From assembly GCA_964478485.1 (NCBI GenBank), contig CAYZJE010000017.1, positions 6,065 through 70,064 on the forward strand: a DNA stretch of 64,000 bases. The letters are read 5' to 3'. Made by a program: the position numbers and the translations under genes. Source of the DNA: an uncultured Syntrophobacter sp. GTDB lineage: Bacteria; Desulfobacterota; Binatia; UBA9968. Shown here one piece after another: positions 10,793 through 20,483 of the stretch. How positions within the stretch are numbered: the first letter of the stretch is position 1; each line of letters begins with the position of its first letter. Below the pieces are notes generated by a model. That model was not told where the DNA came from. It saw nothing but the letters and a program-made list of their open reading frames with translations, and searched no databases.

Positions 10793-11838
10793 GCACTTTG
10801 GATCAACCGCTTCTCATCGCTAACGTCAACTACCACGTCGGCCATTGGGTCGCCATTTACGTCGCCGAAGAACAGAGCTTTTTCAAACAGGAAGGTCTCA
10901 CCCGCTATAAATACGAGCGCGGCGGGCTCCTGCCGGGTCCATCGGAAAGCCAGACTCTCGGACTCGCAATAAAAGAACACGGCGTGGACATCGCCACCGC
11001 GGTAGACACGGAATCGGCCATCAGTCAGCGGGTTCAAGGCGCCGATGTCTACATCGTTGGCGGCTGGCGCTACACGCCATTTCTCAAATGGTATGGCTCC
11101 AAACATATCACCGACATGAGCAAACTCCGCGGCGGCAAGATCGGCGTGCGGGAGAATTCAGCCGACGGCGGCGGCCTCGTCGAATTTTTCATCGAAGAGG
11201 CTCTAAAAGAAGCCGGCGTCAACCCGGAGACCGAGGTAGAAATGGTCCAAGACCCGGTGTTCGGCTACCGCAACAACCCGGCCCACATCGATATGCTTCG
11301 CTCCGGAAAAGTAAACGCGATCACGTCGTCGCCGCCCTTCTCAGATGAATTGGAGAAAGAAGGTTACCCGGTCATCCTCGACCCCAACAAGGTCTTTCCA
11401 CGGCGTCCAGGCAAGGTCACCGTGGCGCCGCGAAGAACTATTGAACAGCGCGGCGATGAGCTGAAAGCTTATTGCCGGGCCATCACTCGCACATTCTGGT
11501 TTATGCGCGACGTGAAGAACTTCGAATATCTCCACGACCTCGAAGCAAGATTAAGAAAGCTCACTCATAATGACGACGAGCAGCGCCTCTTCATTGCATC
11601 AGCGCCGGACAGAGTTGACAGTTGGGCGCTTCCTATGGACGGAGGCATAGAGCGACACGCGCTCGAACGAATTATTCAAGAGATGGTCAAGAGAGGCAGG
11701 TTGGAACGTCCCATTCCTGTCGGGGACGTATTCAAAGACGATGCCGTGCGCGATGCTTACCGTGACGTCAGCACCCGGGCAGAGCTCAAGCCCGTCTTTA
11801 ATACGGCCATGGCGACGTTCGAGAAATATGGATTTTGA
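10789..11838 (+). CDS. NMT1/SsuA-like PBP-fold protein, cytoplasmic; paralog of 7420-8457
   Basis: ATGA overlap with the upstream SBP gene; no signal peptide; strong identity to 7420-8457. Confidence 0.55.
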   Translation: MSTLDQPLLIANVNYHVGHWVAIYVAEEQSFFKQEGLTRYKYERGGLLPGPSESQTLGLAIKEHGVDIATAVDTESAISQRVQGADVYIVGGWRYTPFLKWYGSKHITDMSKLRGGKIGVRENSADGGGLVEFFIEEALKEAGVNPETEVEMVQDPVFGYRNNPAHIDMLRSGKVNAITSSPPFSDELEKEGYPVILDPNKVFPRRPGKVTVAPRRTIEQRGDELKAYCRAITRTFWFMRDVKNFEYLHDLEARLRKLTHNDDEQRLFIASAPDRVDSWALPMDGGIERHALERIIQEMVKRGRLERPIPVGDVFKDDAVRDAYRDVSTRAELKPVFNTAMATFEKYGF

Positions 11839-12032
11839 AAAGTGAACGAGCTTCGGCTGGACGACAAGCGAGGATTTCTAAACTCGCAAAAAAATCACCA
11901 CGGAGGCGCGGAGCGCACCGAGGGAAAAGTGTCTTGTCAGGAAATATTTGGAACTCTGAGTCTCTGTGGTGAAAGGTCTTTTTTAACTTCTGCTGCGGCG
12001 TTGCCGCGCCAGGTGCTTCGTCGCGAAAGTCT

Positions 12033-13016
12033 TCATTTTCCTTTACTCCTCTCACTCAGAAGTGACTGCAAAAAACCGAAATTAAAGACTCGCTGCGACG
12101 GGACGTCTTTATCAACTTTCACTTCCTTCTTGTGAAAGTTGATGATCCGCTCTTGGGCGGCCGGCGTCAACGTGCCGTCCTCGGTAAATGCTTTCACGGA
12201 TGCGCGATAAACGCTGAGAGCGTCGTCCTCCGGCACTTTGCTGAACCGGGCGAACATTTTTACCGCCTCTTTCTCATTTCTTTTGAACCACTGAAAGGTT
12301 TGCAGCGTGCCGGCTAAAAACCGCCGAACGAAATCCGGCCGCTCCGCCAGCATCTTCTCCGTAACGGCGACACCGCCGCTCGAATATTCGAAATGGTCTC
12401 CGTAAAAGGCCAACTCGTTGAAGCCCATCTTATTGGCGCGGGTTCGCTCCGGCGCGTTGACCACCGTCGCGGCGACTCCCCCGCTGCCTAAGGCGGCCAG
12501 CCGCCCTTCCAACGGTATGACGTGAATCTTCACATCGCGCTGCGGGTCGATGCCGTTTTTATTGAGGAGCTCACGGGTCATGTGGCCGCTTGCGCCGCCA
12601 ATAGTTTGAATCGCGACGGTTTTTCCCTTGACGTCTTGAAGAGTCTTTATTTCCGGTGCGCCGAAGAGCCAAAATTGCGGCTTGCTATCGAAGACCATCA
12701 CAATTTTAAGGCCGATCCCTTGCATTATGGCGGTCGTGCTCGCACCGAGTATCTGGCTGAAGTCGAAACTCCCGCCGATCAAGCCCTGCACTCCGACTTG
12801 GGGTTGCGCCATGATAGTCAGCGTATCGAGACCATTGTCTCTATAGAATCCCTTGTCGACCCCCGCGACAAAGATAAACGCGTTGGGGCTGCCGATTCCG
12901 GTTCGGTGCACCTTTGCGGTATCCGCAGGGACCGCGACCTGGACTGAAACGGCAGAGCCTGAAACGAGTGTAAGACAGAAGGCAAGAAATATTCTGTTTG
13001 TGCTCACTGGAAACAT
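12033..13016 (-). CDS. NMT1/SsuA-like ABC substrate-binding protein, periplasmic
   Basis: signal peptide FLAFCLTLVSGSAVSV; paralog of 9794-10792; downstream of the Rieske oxygenase gene in the same orientation. Confidence 0.7.
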   Translation of the reverse strand: MFPVSTNRIFLAFCLTLVSGSAVSVQVAVPADTAKVHRTGIGSPNAFIFVAGVDKGFYRDNGLDTLTIMAQPQVGVQGLIGGSFDFSQILGASTTAIMQGIGLKIVMVFDSKPQFWLFGAPEIKTLQDVKGKTVAIQTIGGASGHMTRELLNKNGIDPQRDVKIHVIPLEGRLAALGSGGVAATVVNAPERTRANKMGFNELAFYGDHFEYSSGGVAVTEKMLAERPDFVRRFLAGTLQTFQWFKRNEKEAVKMFARFSKVPEDDALSVYRASVKAFTEDGTLTPAAQERIINFHKKEVKVDKDVPSQRVFNFGFLQSLLSERSKGK

Positions 13017-13045
13017 CTCCTTTGGTACTCACGAGGCGACTGTCT

Positions 13046-14203
13046 TTACGCGGTCTCGAAGTCCGCACGCGATAGCGTCTTCCACCGCTTGGTTGGCCGG
13101 GCCTCGGAAAGCGCCCGTAGTTCCCGTTCCCAAATCTTTCGGAACAGGATCACCACCGCGTCGTTACGCCCCAGGTGAAACTGGCTTTGGTCGGCCATCG
13201 CTCCCTGGCCGACTTGCGCCACATAGTCTTCGATGCGCGTCAGTTCGTAGTTGTCCGCGCCGGTCATATGCTTGATCTTGGCCTTACCGCGCAGAACGCT
13301 TTCGCCCAACTCGACATGGCTCGGGCCGGTCGGCTCGCTTTCCGAACGGTGCTCAAGAAATTTACTTCTAGCCTTTTCACTTTCCAGATGCACGATATCG
13401 ACGCCGAGCCCCAAGCAGCGGTCGTTCTCGATCGGCACGCGCCACAGGAATCGATCCACCGATCCGCCGCCGAGGCCATGGTCAGTTAATCCTTTGATCC
13501 GCAACGGATGCCGCAAGTGATTCATGTTCGGCATGAGAATGTAACGGGCTTCGGTTTTCCCCGCAGCCAACTTGCGCGTCAACTTGATGCCGACATCGTT
13601 TTCCTCCGCCAACAACTCTTCTGGCACGGCTACGTCGATACCGATTCTGCGCCGCGACTCACGATGCGTGAACGGCACGTGAACCGGGTCGCCCAGGTTG
13701 TCAAGCCGATTGAAATAGTTACACGGCCATTCCTCGCTCAGCAGCACGTCGACGATGCCGCCTTGGTCGAGATCCGAGTAGCGCGGCAACGGCGGCGCGG
13801 CGCCCTCGCCGAGAAACGCAAAGATAAGCCCCAGATATTCTTCGGTCGGATGGCTGCGGATCGTGATCTTCGACTTGAACGACGCGTCTTCGCCGGGCTG
13901 CTCGACGCATTGCCCGGACGATTCATATTTCCAGCCGTGATAGAAACAGCGAATACAATCGCCCTCCACCCATCCTGCCGAGAGCTGCGTCCCGCGGTGT
14001 GCACAGCGAAACGCGACCACGTGCGGGATTCCGGTTTCACCGCGGTAAAGAGTAAAATCCTCACTCATGATCCGCAGCGGTACAGCTTCTCCCGCCGGCA
14101 AGTCTTTGGCCCGGTAAACCGGTTGCCAAAACAACCGGAGGTAGCGTCCGGCGAGGCTGCCGGGTTCGGTGCGAAAAATGTCTATTCCATTCTCGGTGCC
14201 CAT
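13046..14203 (-). CDS. Rieske [2Fe-2S] non-heme iron aromatic ring-hydroxylating oxygenase, alpha-only type (phthalate dioxygenase/VanA-like)
   Basis: Rieske motif CAHRG...(17)...CFYHGW; 385 aa as in PDO/VanA-type oxygenases; mononuclear-iron region with conserved His/Asp. Confidence 0.8.
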   Translation of the reverse strand: MGTENGIDIFRTEPGSLAGRYLRLFWQPVYRAKDLPAGEAVPLRIMSEDFTLYRGETGIPHVVAFRCAHRGTQLSAGWVEGDCIRCFYHGWKYESSGQCVEQPGEDASFKSKITIRSHPTEEYLGLIFAFLGEGAAPPLPRYSDLDQGGIVDVLLSEEWPCNYFNRLDNLGDPVHVPFTHRESRRRIGIDVAVPEELLAEENDVGIKLTRKLAAGKTEARYILMPNMNHLRHPLRIKGLTDHGLGGGSVDRFLWRVPIENDRCLGLGVDIVHLESEKARSKFLEHRSESEPTGPSHVELGESVLRGKAKIKHMTGADNYELTRIEDYVAQVGQGAMADQSQFHLGRNDAVVILFRKIWERELRALSEARPTKRWKTLSRADFETA

Positions 14204-14229
14204 CGTTATCTCCCTTTTAATGATTCACT

Positions 14230-15063
14230 TCACTTCGTGTAACCGATGATTTTCGCCAAAAGCTGTTGGGTCAGAGCGGTGCCCGGGAGAGAAACTCCAA
14301 AATCATTGGCGCACTCCAGCGCCACGGACAGAGTTTTGTACAAACCTTCCCATTGATGGCGCAGCGCCTCCGGTGATTGCGACACGCGCTCGATGCGCTC
14401 AAACCAATGGTCTGCCATGTAACTTTGCCCGGCGCTATGGTGAATTACCTGCTGTACCGACGGCAAATCCAAACCGGCTTTCTGCGCGATCGAAACGCCC
14501 TCGAACATCGCCAGCATGTTGATGCAGACGAGAATTTGATTGATGATCTTCGCTGCCGTCCCGGCGCCGATCTCGCCCAGATGCAAGATCTCGGCCCCAG
14601 AGGTAGCGAAAACTTCGCGGCACTTCGCTACAGCATCCCTCGAACCCCCGACCATGTAACAGAGTCTCTTTTCGTAGGCGCCAGTTTCACCACCGCTGAT
14701 CGGCGCATCGACGATGATGATGTTTTTTGCCGCAGCTTTATCGGCAATCGCTTTCAGCGTTTTCGGCAAGACGGTGCTGTGAATCGCAATCATCGTCTCT
14801 GACTTGGCTCCGCTAAAAACACCACCGTCGCGAAAGAAGACCGATTCGACTTGCGCATCGTCAAGCACGGCGATTTCGACGAGTTCGGCGTATTCAGCGA
14901 CTTCTTTGGCCGTGTGAGCAACCTTTGCGCCCAATTGGGCGAGATCCCGGACCGGCTCCTCGCGAACATCGTACACTGTCAAATCAAAACCGGCTTTGGC
15001 GATATTTATCGCCATCGGCTTTCCCATCGTACCGAGACCGATAAATCCAACTTTGTGAATCAT
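14230..15063 (-). CDS. NAD(P)-dependent 3-hydroxyisobutyrate dehydrogenase family oxidoreductase (HIBADH/2-hydroxy-3-oxopropionate reductase-like)
   Basis: N-terminal Rossmann motif KVGFIGLGTMGKPMA; conserved family blocks in the second half (GEIGAGTAAKIINQIL; DL). Confidence 0.85.
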   Translation of the reverse strand: MIHKVGFIGLGTMGKPMAINIAKAGFDLTVYDVREEPVRDLAQLGAKVAHTAKEVAEYAELVEIAVLDDAQVESVFFRDGGVFSGAKSETMIAIHSTVLPKTLKAIADKAAAKNIIIVDAPISGGETGAYEKRLCYMVGGSRDAVAKCREVFATSGAEILHLGEIGAGTAAKIINQILVCINMLAMFEGVSIAQKAGLDLPSVQQVIHHSAGQSYMADHWFERIERVSQSPEALRHQWEGLYKTLSVALECANDFGVSLPGTALTQQLLAKIIGYTK

Positions 15064-15447
15064 AACTTGCTTGACCTATTCTATATGTAAATTAAAGCGA
15101 CTACAGAGTTCATGGCAATCGGTTTTGTGAGCACCTGCGTTTTTACGTCCGATACGCCACCAACGTTTGCCGTCCAGCGATAAAATTCGACGCGAATAGC
15201 ATCGGGCATCGGGCAAATTAGCCGAAGAATGTCTTGTCTGCCTTCCAACGAGCTACAATAGAAACGTGTGGAAACCGGGAAAAGGCAGGCGTACCCTTTC
15301 GTAACCGGTGAAATGAAAGGCTGTCTGTTGAAGCAGGCCGGGAAAGGATGCGCTAGTGAAAGAGAAACACATTGGGGGGGATGAATCAAAGGGAATTTTC
15401 TACGAGGGGCCGGAGGGAATTGCGCGGGAGAGAAACTTATTGAGTAG

Positions 15448-15717
15448 CTAATCGGTAACAATCAGGCACGGCAACTGAGATTCTCCGCCAAAGTCGAGCA
15501 GGTCTTTTGCCGTTTCTAAATCGACGACAGCGTAGTTGTCCTCCGGGCCGTCCACGACTACACAACACGCCGGATCCTTGCTGTTGAGTCCGCGATTGAC
15601 TTCGCGGCAGGCGGCAATGGCTTCCTCTTCAGTGTCGAAAAATTCACAATAATCCATCATGGGCTCAGTATACTTTTTCATGACATAGGTAAACCTTTGA
15701 CACCAGTCTCTAAGCAA
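15448..15717 (-). CDS. small hypothetical protein (Cys-rich, acidic)
   Basis: ORF only; plausible start at MKKYTEPMM; no recognisable family. Confidence 0.3.
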   Translation of the reverse strand: MLRDWCQRFTYVMKKYTEPMMDYCEFFDTEEEAIAACREVNRGLNSKDPACCVVVDGPEDNYAVVDLETAKDLLDFGGESQLPCLIVTD

Positions 15718-16237
15718 GAACCACGACCTGCCCCGGTCCCTCGTCCGGCTTTACACGATTTCAAAGGAGCGTAGCGATGCAACGTTTTGAACGGCTTGAA
15801 CGGTTAGTGTCTTACTGGTCTCGTGGATGCAATCAACTGATCGTCGCACTTCAGCAATTTTATCTGGCCATTATTGCTCGGTGATCTGAGTGTGTAAAAA
15901 AACACTAGAAAAAAACGGGAATCGAAAGATTGTAGTCATTGTTATGTCAGACCCCAAATCGGCGGTCACCCAGATACTGGGCGTTTCGATGCGACCGTGG
16001 TCGGCCAGGTCGTGCCTGACGAAGTGGAATTGTCTTCGATCCAGAAAGATCAGGGCCATCTCTTCCAGCAGCGTGGCTTGATGGGCTTTGACGGTGCAGT
16101 GGTAGTGGGCCTGGGGTTTGACAACCCAGTACTTGGCCAGTTTGGGTTGGGTCTGCAGGGCGTCGGCGCTATGGAAACATTTCGGGCAAAAAGAGACGCC
16201 AGAGGAGAAAGCGGCGCTGCAAGTTATTGAAAAAAAC

Positions 16238-16313
<76 letters not shown>

Positions 16314-16619
16314 TCATGTGGGTTTGAGAAAGTTGATGATCGCCGCGATAAAAAATGATCCAATAAAAGCGGCAATCAGTTCGATAATTACGCGAAGCTC
16401 ACGAAGACCGTTGAGATACTCATTCGAGCCAGCGTACGTTAGCATGAAGTGGCTAAGGAAGAAACCAAACAGTCCAATGATCGTAAAGCCAATGACGCCT
16501 GGCCGGCGCTCGGCGGCAACGAGTCTGGTGGACAGAAACCCGGCGAGGATCACAATAAAAAGCGTCGAAATTGGATGGTTGATGACGTAAATCAGTGACT
16601 CGAGGGCGTTTTCCTGCAT
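16314..16619 (-). CDS. small membrane protein (3 predicted TM helices), probably co-transcribed with thiE
   Basis: starts 4 nt after the thiE stop; stop codon abuts the tRNA-Thr 5' end; hydrophobic segments; no family recognised. Confidence 0.4.
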   Translation of the reverse strand: MQENALESLIYVINHPISTLFIVILAGFLSTRLVAAERRPGVIGFTIIGLFGFFLSHFMLTYAGSNEYLNGLRELRVIIELIAAFIGSFFIAAIINFLKPT

Positions 16620-16623
16620 CGAG

Positions 16624-17250
16624 TTACCTCGCTAACATGGCAACAATCGTTTTCGCTGCGACCGTCGGGTTCCGTGCGCTCATGATCGCTGAGATGAGCG
16701 CGACACCGTGAATGCCGGTAGTCATCGTTACCGCTAGATTCGTAGCATTAATACCGCCGATAGCATAAACAGGTAGTGCGACTTTTTCCACTATTTCTTT
16801 TAGAGCCGCAACTCCCTGGGGCGCACCGTAAGCAGCCTTTGATGGCGTGAAATGAACCGGACCAAACAAGATAAAATCGGCGCCGTTGCGCTCGGCTTCT
16901 TTGGCCTCATCCGGAGAATGGGTCGAATACCCAATCAATTTTTCCGCGCCAAGCAGAGCGCGCGCGGTCTCGATCGGCAAAGAAGTTTTGCCGAGCTGAA
17001 CGCCGGCGGCGTCGACCACGAGCGCGACATCGATTCGGTCATTAACAAAAAGTTGGGCGTTGTAACGCTGACAGAGCAGGGAGATCTTATCGGCGATCTC
17101 GAAGATCTCTTTACCGTCGAGATCTTTTTCTCGCAATTGAATCGCCTTAACACCGCCGTCCAGCGCCCGTTCAAGGACGGCGCAAAGATCGCGCCCCCGA
17201 GTTAGCTTTCGATCGGTGATCAGATAGAGGTCGAAGTTCGGTTGTGGCAC
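16624..17250 (-). CDS. thiE: thiamine-phosphate synthase
   Basis: N-terminal DLYLITD motif, length 208 aa, position in thiS-thiG-thiE operon. Confidence 0.9.
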   Translation of the reverse strand: MPQPNFDLYLITDRKLTRGRDLCAVLERALDGGVKAIQLREKDLDGKEIFEIADKISLLCQRYNAQLFVNDRIDVALVVDAAGVQLGKTSLPIETARALLGAEKLIGYSTHSPDEAKEAERNGADFILFGPVHFTPSKAAYGAPQGVAALKEIVEKVALPVYAIGGINATNLAVTMTTGIHGVALISAIMSARNPTVAAKTIVAMLAR

Positions 17251-17259
17251 GGCAACGCG

Positions 17260-18033
17260 TTAGTTGAGGATTCCTTCTAAAGGACTGGATGCCGTGGCGT
17301 AGAGTTTTCTTGGTATTCTTCCCGCGAGATAAGCTTTCCGTCCCGCCTCGACGCCCTGGCGCATCGCTTCCGCCATTAAAATAGGATCTTTCGCGCTGGC
17401 AATAGCTGTGTTCATCAAGACACCGGCACAGCCCATCTCCATGGCGACCGCGGCGTCGGATGCAGTCCCGACGCCGGCGTCGACGATGACCGGAACCTTG
17501 GCATGTTCCAAGATGATGCGGAGATTATATGGATTCCTAATGCCCAAGCCCGAGCCGATGGGGGCCGCCAGCGGCATCACCGCGGCGCAGCCGATGTCTT
17601 CGAGCTTTCGCGCCGTGATCGGATCGTCGGTGATGTAGGGCAACACGACGAAACCTTCCTTGACCAGAATTTTCGCCGCGTCGAGGGTCGCCGGCACGTC
17701 GGGGAAAAGCGTGCGGTCGTCGCCGATCACTTCGAGCTTGACCAGTTTTCCGACGCCGGCTTCTCGGGCGAGGCGGCAGGTGCGCACGGCGTCGTCGGCG
17801 TTGTAGCAGCCCGCGGTGTTGGGCAAAATGGTATATAGTTTCGGATCGAGATAGTCGAGCAGGTTCTCTTTGTTGGGATCGGTGATGTTGACCCGGCGCA
17901 CCGCGACGGTGACGATCTCAGCGCCGGACGCTTCGATGGCGCGCTTGGTTTCGGCGAAGTCCTTGTACTTTCCGGTGCCGACAATCAAGCGCGAACGAAA
18001 TTTAGTTCCCGCTAACTCGAAAAAATCTTCCAC
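17260..18033 (-). CDS. thiG: thiazole synthase
   Basis: strong ThiG family resemblance ([30 protein letters not shown]), 257 aa. Confidence 0.9.
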   Translation of the reverse strand: MEDFFELAGTKFRSRLIVGTGKYKDFAETKRAIEASGAEIVTVAVRRVNITDPNKENLLDYLDPKLYTILPNTAGCYNADDAVRTCRLAREAGVGKLVKLEVIGDDRTLFPDVPATLDAAKILVKEGFVVLPYITDDPITARKLEDIGCAAVMPLAAPIGSGLGIRNPYNLRIILEHAKVPVIVDAGVGTASDAAVAMEMGCAGVLMNTAIASAKDPILMAEAMRQGVEAGRKAYLAGRIPRKLYATASSPLEGILN

Positions 18034-18036
18034 GTT

Positions 18037-18237
18037 TCATCCTCCGCCGACGAAATGAACGATCTCCAGCACATCACCTTCGGCCAGCCCGGTGGCGCCG
18101 AATGAATCACCCGGGACAATCTCCCGGTTTCGTTCCACGACCACCCGGCCGGGCCGAATTTGTAGGGATTCAAGCAGTCCGATCAGGCTTAGCCCGTCGG
18201 CGATCTGTTTTTCTTCACCGTTAATTTTAATCTTCAT
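18037..18237 (-). CDS. thiS: sulfur carrier protein ThiS (start taken at MKIKINGEE; 66 aa ending GG)
   Basis: C-terminal Gly-Gly, beta-grasp size, immediately upstream of thiG. Confidence 0.8.
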   Translation of the reverse strand: MKIKINGEEKQIADGLSLIGLLESLQIRPGRVVVERNREIVPGDSFGATGLAEGDVLEIVHFVGGG

Positions 18238-18299
18238 GAGCATTAAAAAACCGCATTCACAGACCACCTAATCGGTAGCCAGGGAATACGGTTTCAAGT

Positions 18300-18425
18300 G
18301 CAACCCGCGAGGCGGTTCCGCAGGATTTCGACTTTCACGCTTCCCTACGCCGGCGCGACCCGGATCAGGTTCAAAGGGTTACCTGTTTTTCAGGCTCTCA
18401 GTCTGACGTGGGCAGACACCCCTAG
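18300..18425 (-). promoter_or_regulatory. TPP (THI-element) riboswitch in the 5' leader of thiS-thiG-thiE
   Basis: minus-strand sequence GGGGTGTCTGCCCACGTCAGACTGAGAGCCTGAAAAACAGGTAACCCTTTGAACCTGATCCGGGTCGCGCCGGCGTAGGGAAGCG carries the conserved CUGAGA, ACCUGAUC, GG...GCCGGCGUAGGGAA blocks. Confidence 0.8.
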
Positions 18426-18541
18426 CAATGGAGCATGCTTAACAAAGCGCTGGTGGCAAGTCAAATTGGCGGATCGAATCGATTAAACCGTTCAAGTCGA
18501 AGGTCATTTGGTATGGCGAAGAAGATGAATCCAAGCGCGGT

Positions 18542-19375
18542 TTAAAGTTCCAACGCCACGCTGGCGTAACCGACGACTTTGCGCATCGGCGTGACATCCC
18601 CCGAGTGACAGTGTTTGAGCAGCGTGGCGCGCTTAACACCGAGCGCCTTGGCGGCAAAGAGCGTGACGGCGGTCGGGATCACGCCGCACATGGTGATGTT
18701 TTTCGCTTCCGTAATCTGTAAAAGTCCTTGCGGATTCATGGCCAACACTTGGTCGAGCGCGAGCCGATCGAGCGCGTCAGTTTCTTTGGGCGAAAGATAG
18801 TGGCTCAAATCGCTGCTGGCGAGGATTACCGTCGTTGCGCTAGTTCCACAGTAAGCCGCGATCGCCTCTCCGAGTTCAGCACATTCATCTAACGAGATAT
18901 GCGCGAGCGAAATTGGCGTGAAAGTGAACTGGCCGAGCATCCGCTGCAGAAATGGCAGCTGTACTTCGATGCTGTGCTCTTCAGCGTGGGCGGAGGGCTC
19001 GCGCTTAATGAATTTGACCTGCGATTCGAGATACTCATTCAGTTTTTCATCGACAGTGACTTCACCCAAAGGCGTGCGCCAGGTTTTCCATGGGCTCAGC
19101 GCTGCTCGATGGCCGCGTGCCCAGTGGTTAACGCCGATTAAAACCACCCGCTCAATCGTTTGATCGAGGCGCGCGTAAAGATGGGCGGCGCAAGGGCCAG
19201 AGTAAATCGGCCCGGCGTGGGGCACTATACCGGCGATTAAATCGGTCGAAGGCGTGAAAATGCCACGCGGTCCGAGCGGGCTCTTGCCAAAACAGTCGTC
19301 GAGAAGCGTATTAAGTTCGTCCGCAGTAGCCGGATAGAAGGATCCAGCTACCGCAGTCGGTCGGGCGGAGGTCAT
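18542..19375 (-). CDS. MEMO1-family protein (AmmeMemoRadiSam system protein B-like), start taken at MTSARP
   Basis: AGSFYP motif near the N-terminus and HAGPIYSG block typical of the Memo family. Confidence 0.7.
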   Translation of the reverse strand: MTSARPTAVAGSFYPATADELNTLLDDCFGKSPLGPRGIFTPSTDLIAGIVPHAGPIYSGPCAAHLYARLDQTIERVVLIGVNHWARGHRAALSPWKTWRTPLGEVTVDEKLNEYLESQVKFIKREPSAHAEEHSIEVQLPFLQRMLGQFTFTPISLAHISLDECAELGEAIAAYCGTSATTVILASSDLSHYLSPKETDALDRLALDQVLAMNPQGLLQITEAKNITMCGVIPTAVTLFAAKALGVKRATLLKHCHSGDVTPMRKVVGYASVALEL

Positions 19376-19391
19376 GGGATCACTCGTTTGT

Positions 19392-19503
19392 TGTTGACCA
19401 CGCTGATTCCAGCGTGGACCATTAAATGGGGTTTCCAAAGGGGGCGAGCATCCCCTTTGGTTAAGGGCGGGGTCAATACCCCGCCCGCGAAGTGCCTTCG
19501 TTT
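19392..19503 (-). repeat. copy A of a roughly 115-bp three-hairpin intergenic repeat (forward form on the minus strand)
   Basis: minus-strand reading ...GGCACTTCGCGGGCGGGGTATTGACCCCGCCC..CCAAAGGGGATGCTCGCCCCCTTTGGAAACCCCATTTAATGGTCCACGCTGGAATCAGCGTGGTCAACAA, near-identical to copies at 46956, 50265, 54753 and 59622. Confidence 0.85.
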
Positions 19504-19510
19504 AATTGAA

Positions 19511-20455
19511 TTATGGTGCGACGATTTCCACTTGCAGCGTGCCGATGCCTTCGACTTCGCCTTCGACCTTGTCGCCGGGATTCAAAAATACCGGCGGAGT
19601 GCGCGCGAAGCCGACGCCGGAAGGTGTTCCGGTGCTGATGATATCGCCGGGCTCAAGCGTCATGCCGCCGGATAGCGATTCGATAATCGTCGGGATGTCG
19701 AAGATCATGTCTCTGGTGTTGCCGTCCTGCATGACTTGGCCGTTCACCCGGCAGATGAGCCGCACCTGTTGCGGGTCGGGCATGGCGCTCTTGTGCACGA
19801 TCCACGGACCGAGCGGGCACAGGGTGTCGAGCGCTTTGCCTTTGAACCACTGGCCATGGATGCGCTGCAGCTCGCGGGCGGTCATGTCGAGACAGACCGT
19901 GTAGCCAAAGACATAATCATAGGCTTTGGCTTTCGGGATATCGCGGCCCTTTTTACCGATGATCACGGCGAGCTCGACTTCCCAGTCCAGTTTGTCGGTG
20001 ACTTTATGCTTGATGACCTTGCCGTTTTGGCCGATCACCGAAGTCGCCGGCTTGGTGAAAAATACCGGGTAGTCGGGATACTTGATCTCCAACTGGCGCG
20101 CCCGGGCGCCTTCGTCGACATGCTCGCGGTAGTTGATGCCGAGCATGACGCAGTTCTTTCTCGGTGTCGGAATCGGTGAGATGATTCTCGCCTGATTAGG
20201 TTTTACCAAGGCTGCGGCGGCGACCAATTTTTTCTGCTCATCGGAGTTTTTCCCGGCGACATATTTTTCCGCTTTGCGGGCGACTTGGATCGCCTTTGCA
20301 CCGGCTTCGATGAACGCCTGCATGCTGGCTAAGAACGGCGCGCTGCCGCCTTTAAGATAGCGCCGATTGACCTCGGCGAGATCGATGATCTGGTCCTGCG
20401 GCCCCATGAGGCCAAGGCGCTGTTGGTTCTTGCGGGTAAAAGTGACGAGTCTCAT
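19511..20455 (-). CDS. fumarylacetoacetate hydrolase (FAH) family protein
   Basis: C-terminal FAH-fold blocks (GDIISTGTPSGVG, metal-binding E/D pattern), 314 aa. Confidence 0.8.
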   Translation of the reverse strand: MRLVTFTRKNQQRLGLMGPQDQIIDLAEVNRRYLKGGSAPFLASMQAFIEAGAKAIQVARKAEKYVAGKNSDEQKKLVAAAALVKPNQARIISPIPTPRKNCVMLGINYREHVDEGARARQLEIKYPDYPVFFTKPATSVIGQNGKVIKHKVTDKLDWEVELAVIIGKKGRDIPKAKAYDYVFGYTVCLDMTARELQRIHGQWFKGKALDTLCPLGPWIVHKSAMPDPQQVRLICRVNGQVMQDGNTRDMIFDIPTIIESLSGGMTLEPGDIISTGTPSGVGFARTPPVFLNPGDKVEGEVEGIGTLQVEIVAP

Positions 20456-20483
20456 TATGCCTCCAAATCCAATAATTCAGCCT

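Noticed and set aside
15081-15461. 126-aa ORF in the gap upstream of the HIBADH gene
   Set aside because: Pro/Cys/Ser-rich composition with no family resemblance; more likely non-coding leader sequence.
18542-19438. A full AmmeMemoRadiSam three-gene system around the Memo-like gene
   Set aside because: No radical-SAM or AMMECR1 partner is adjacent. The neighbours are an FAH hydrolase and the thi operon, so only an orphan Memo-like gene is supported.
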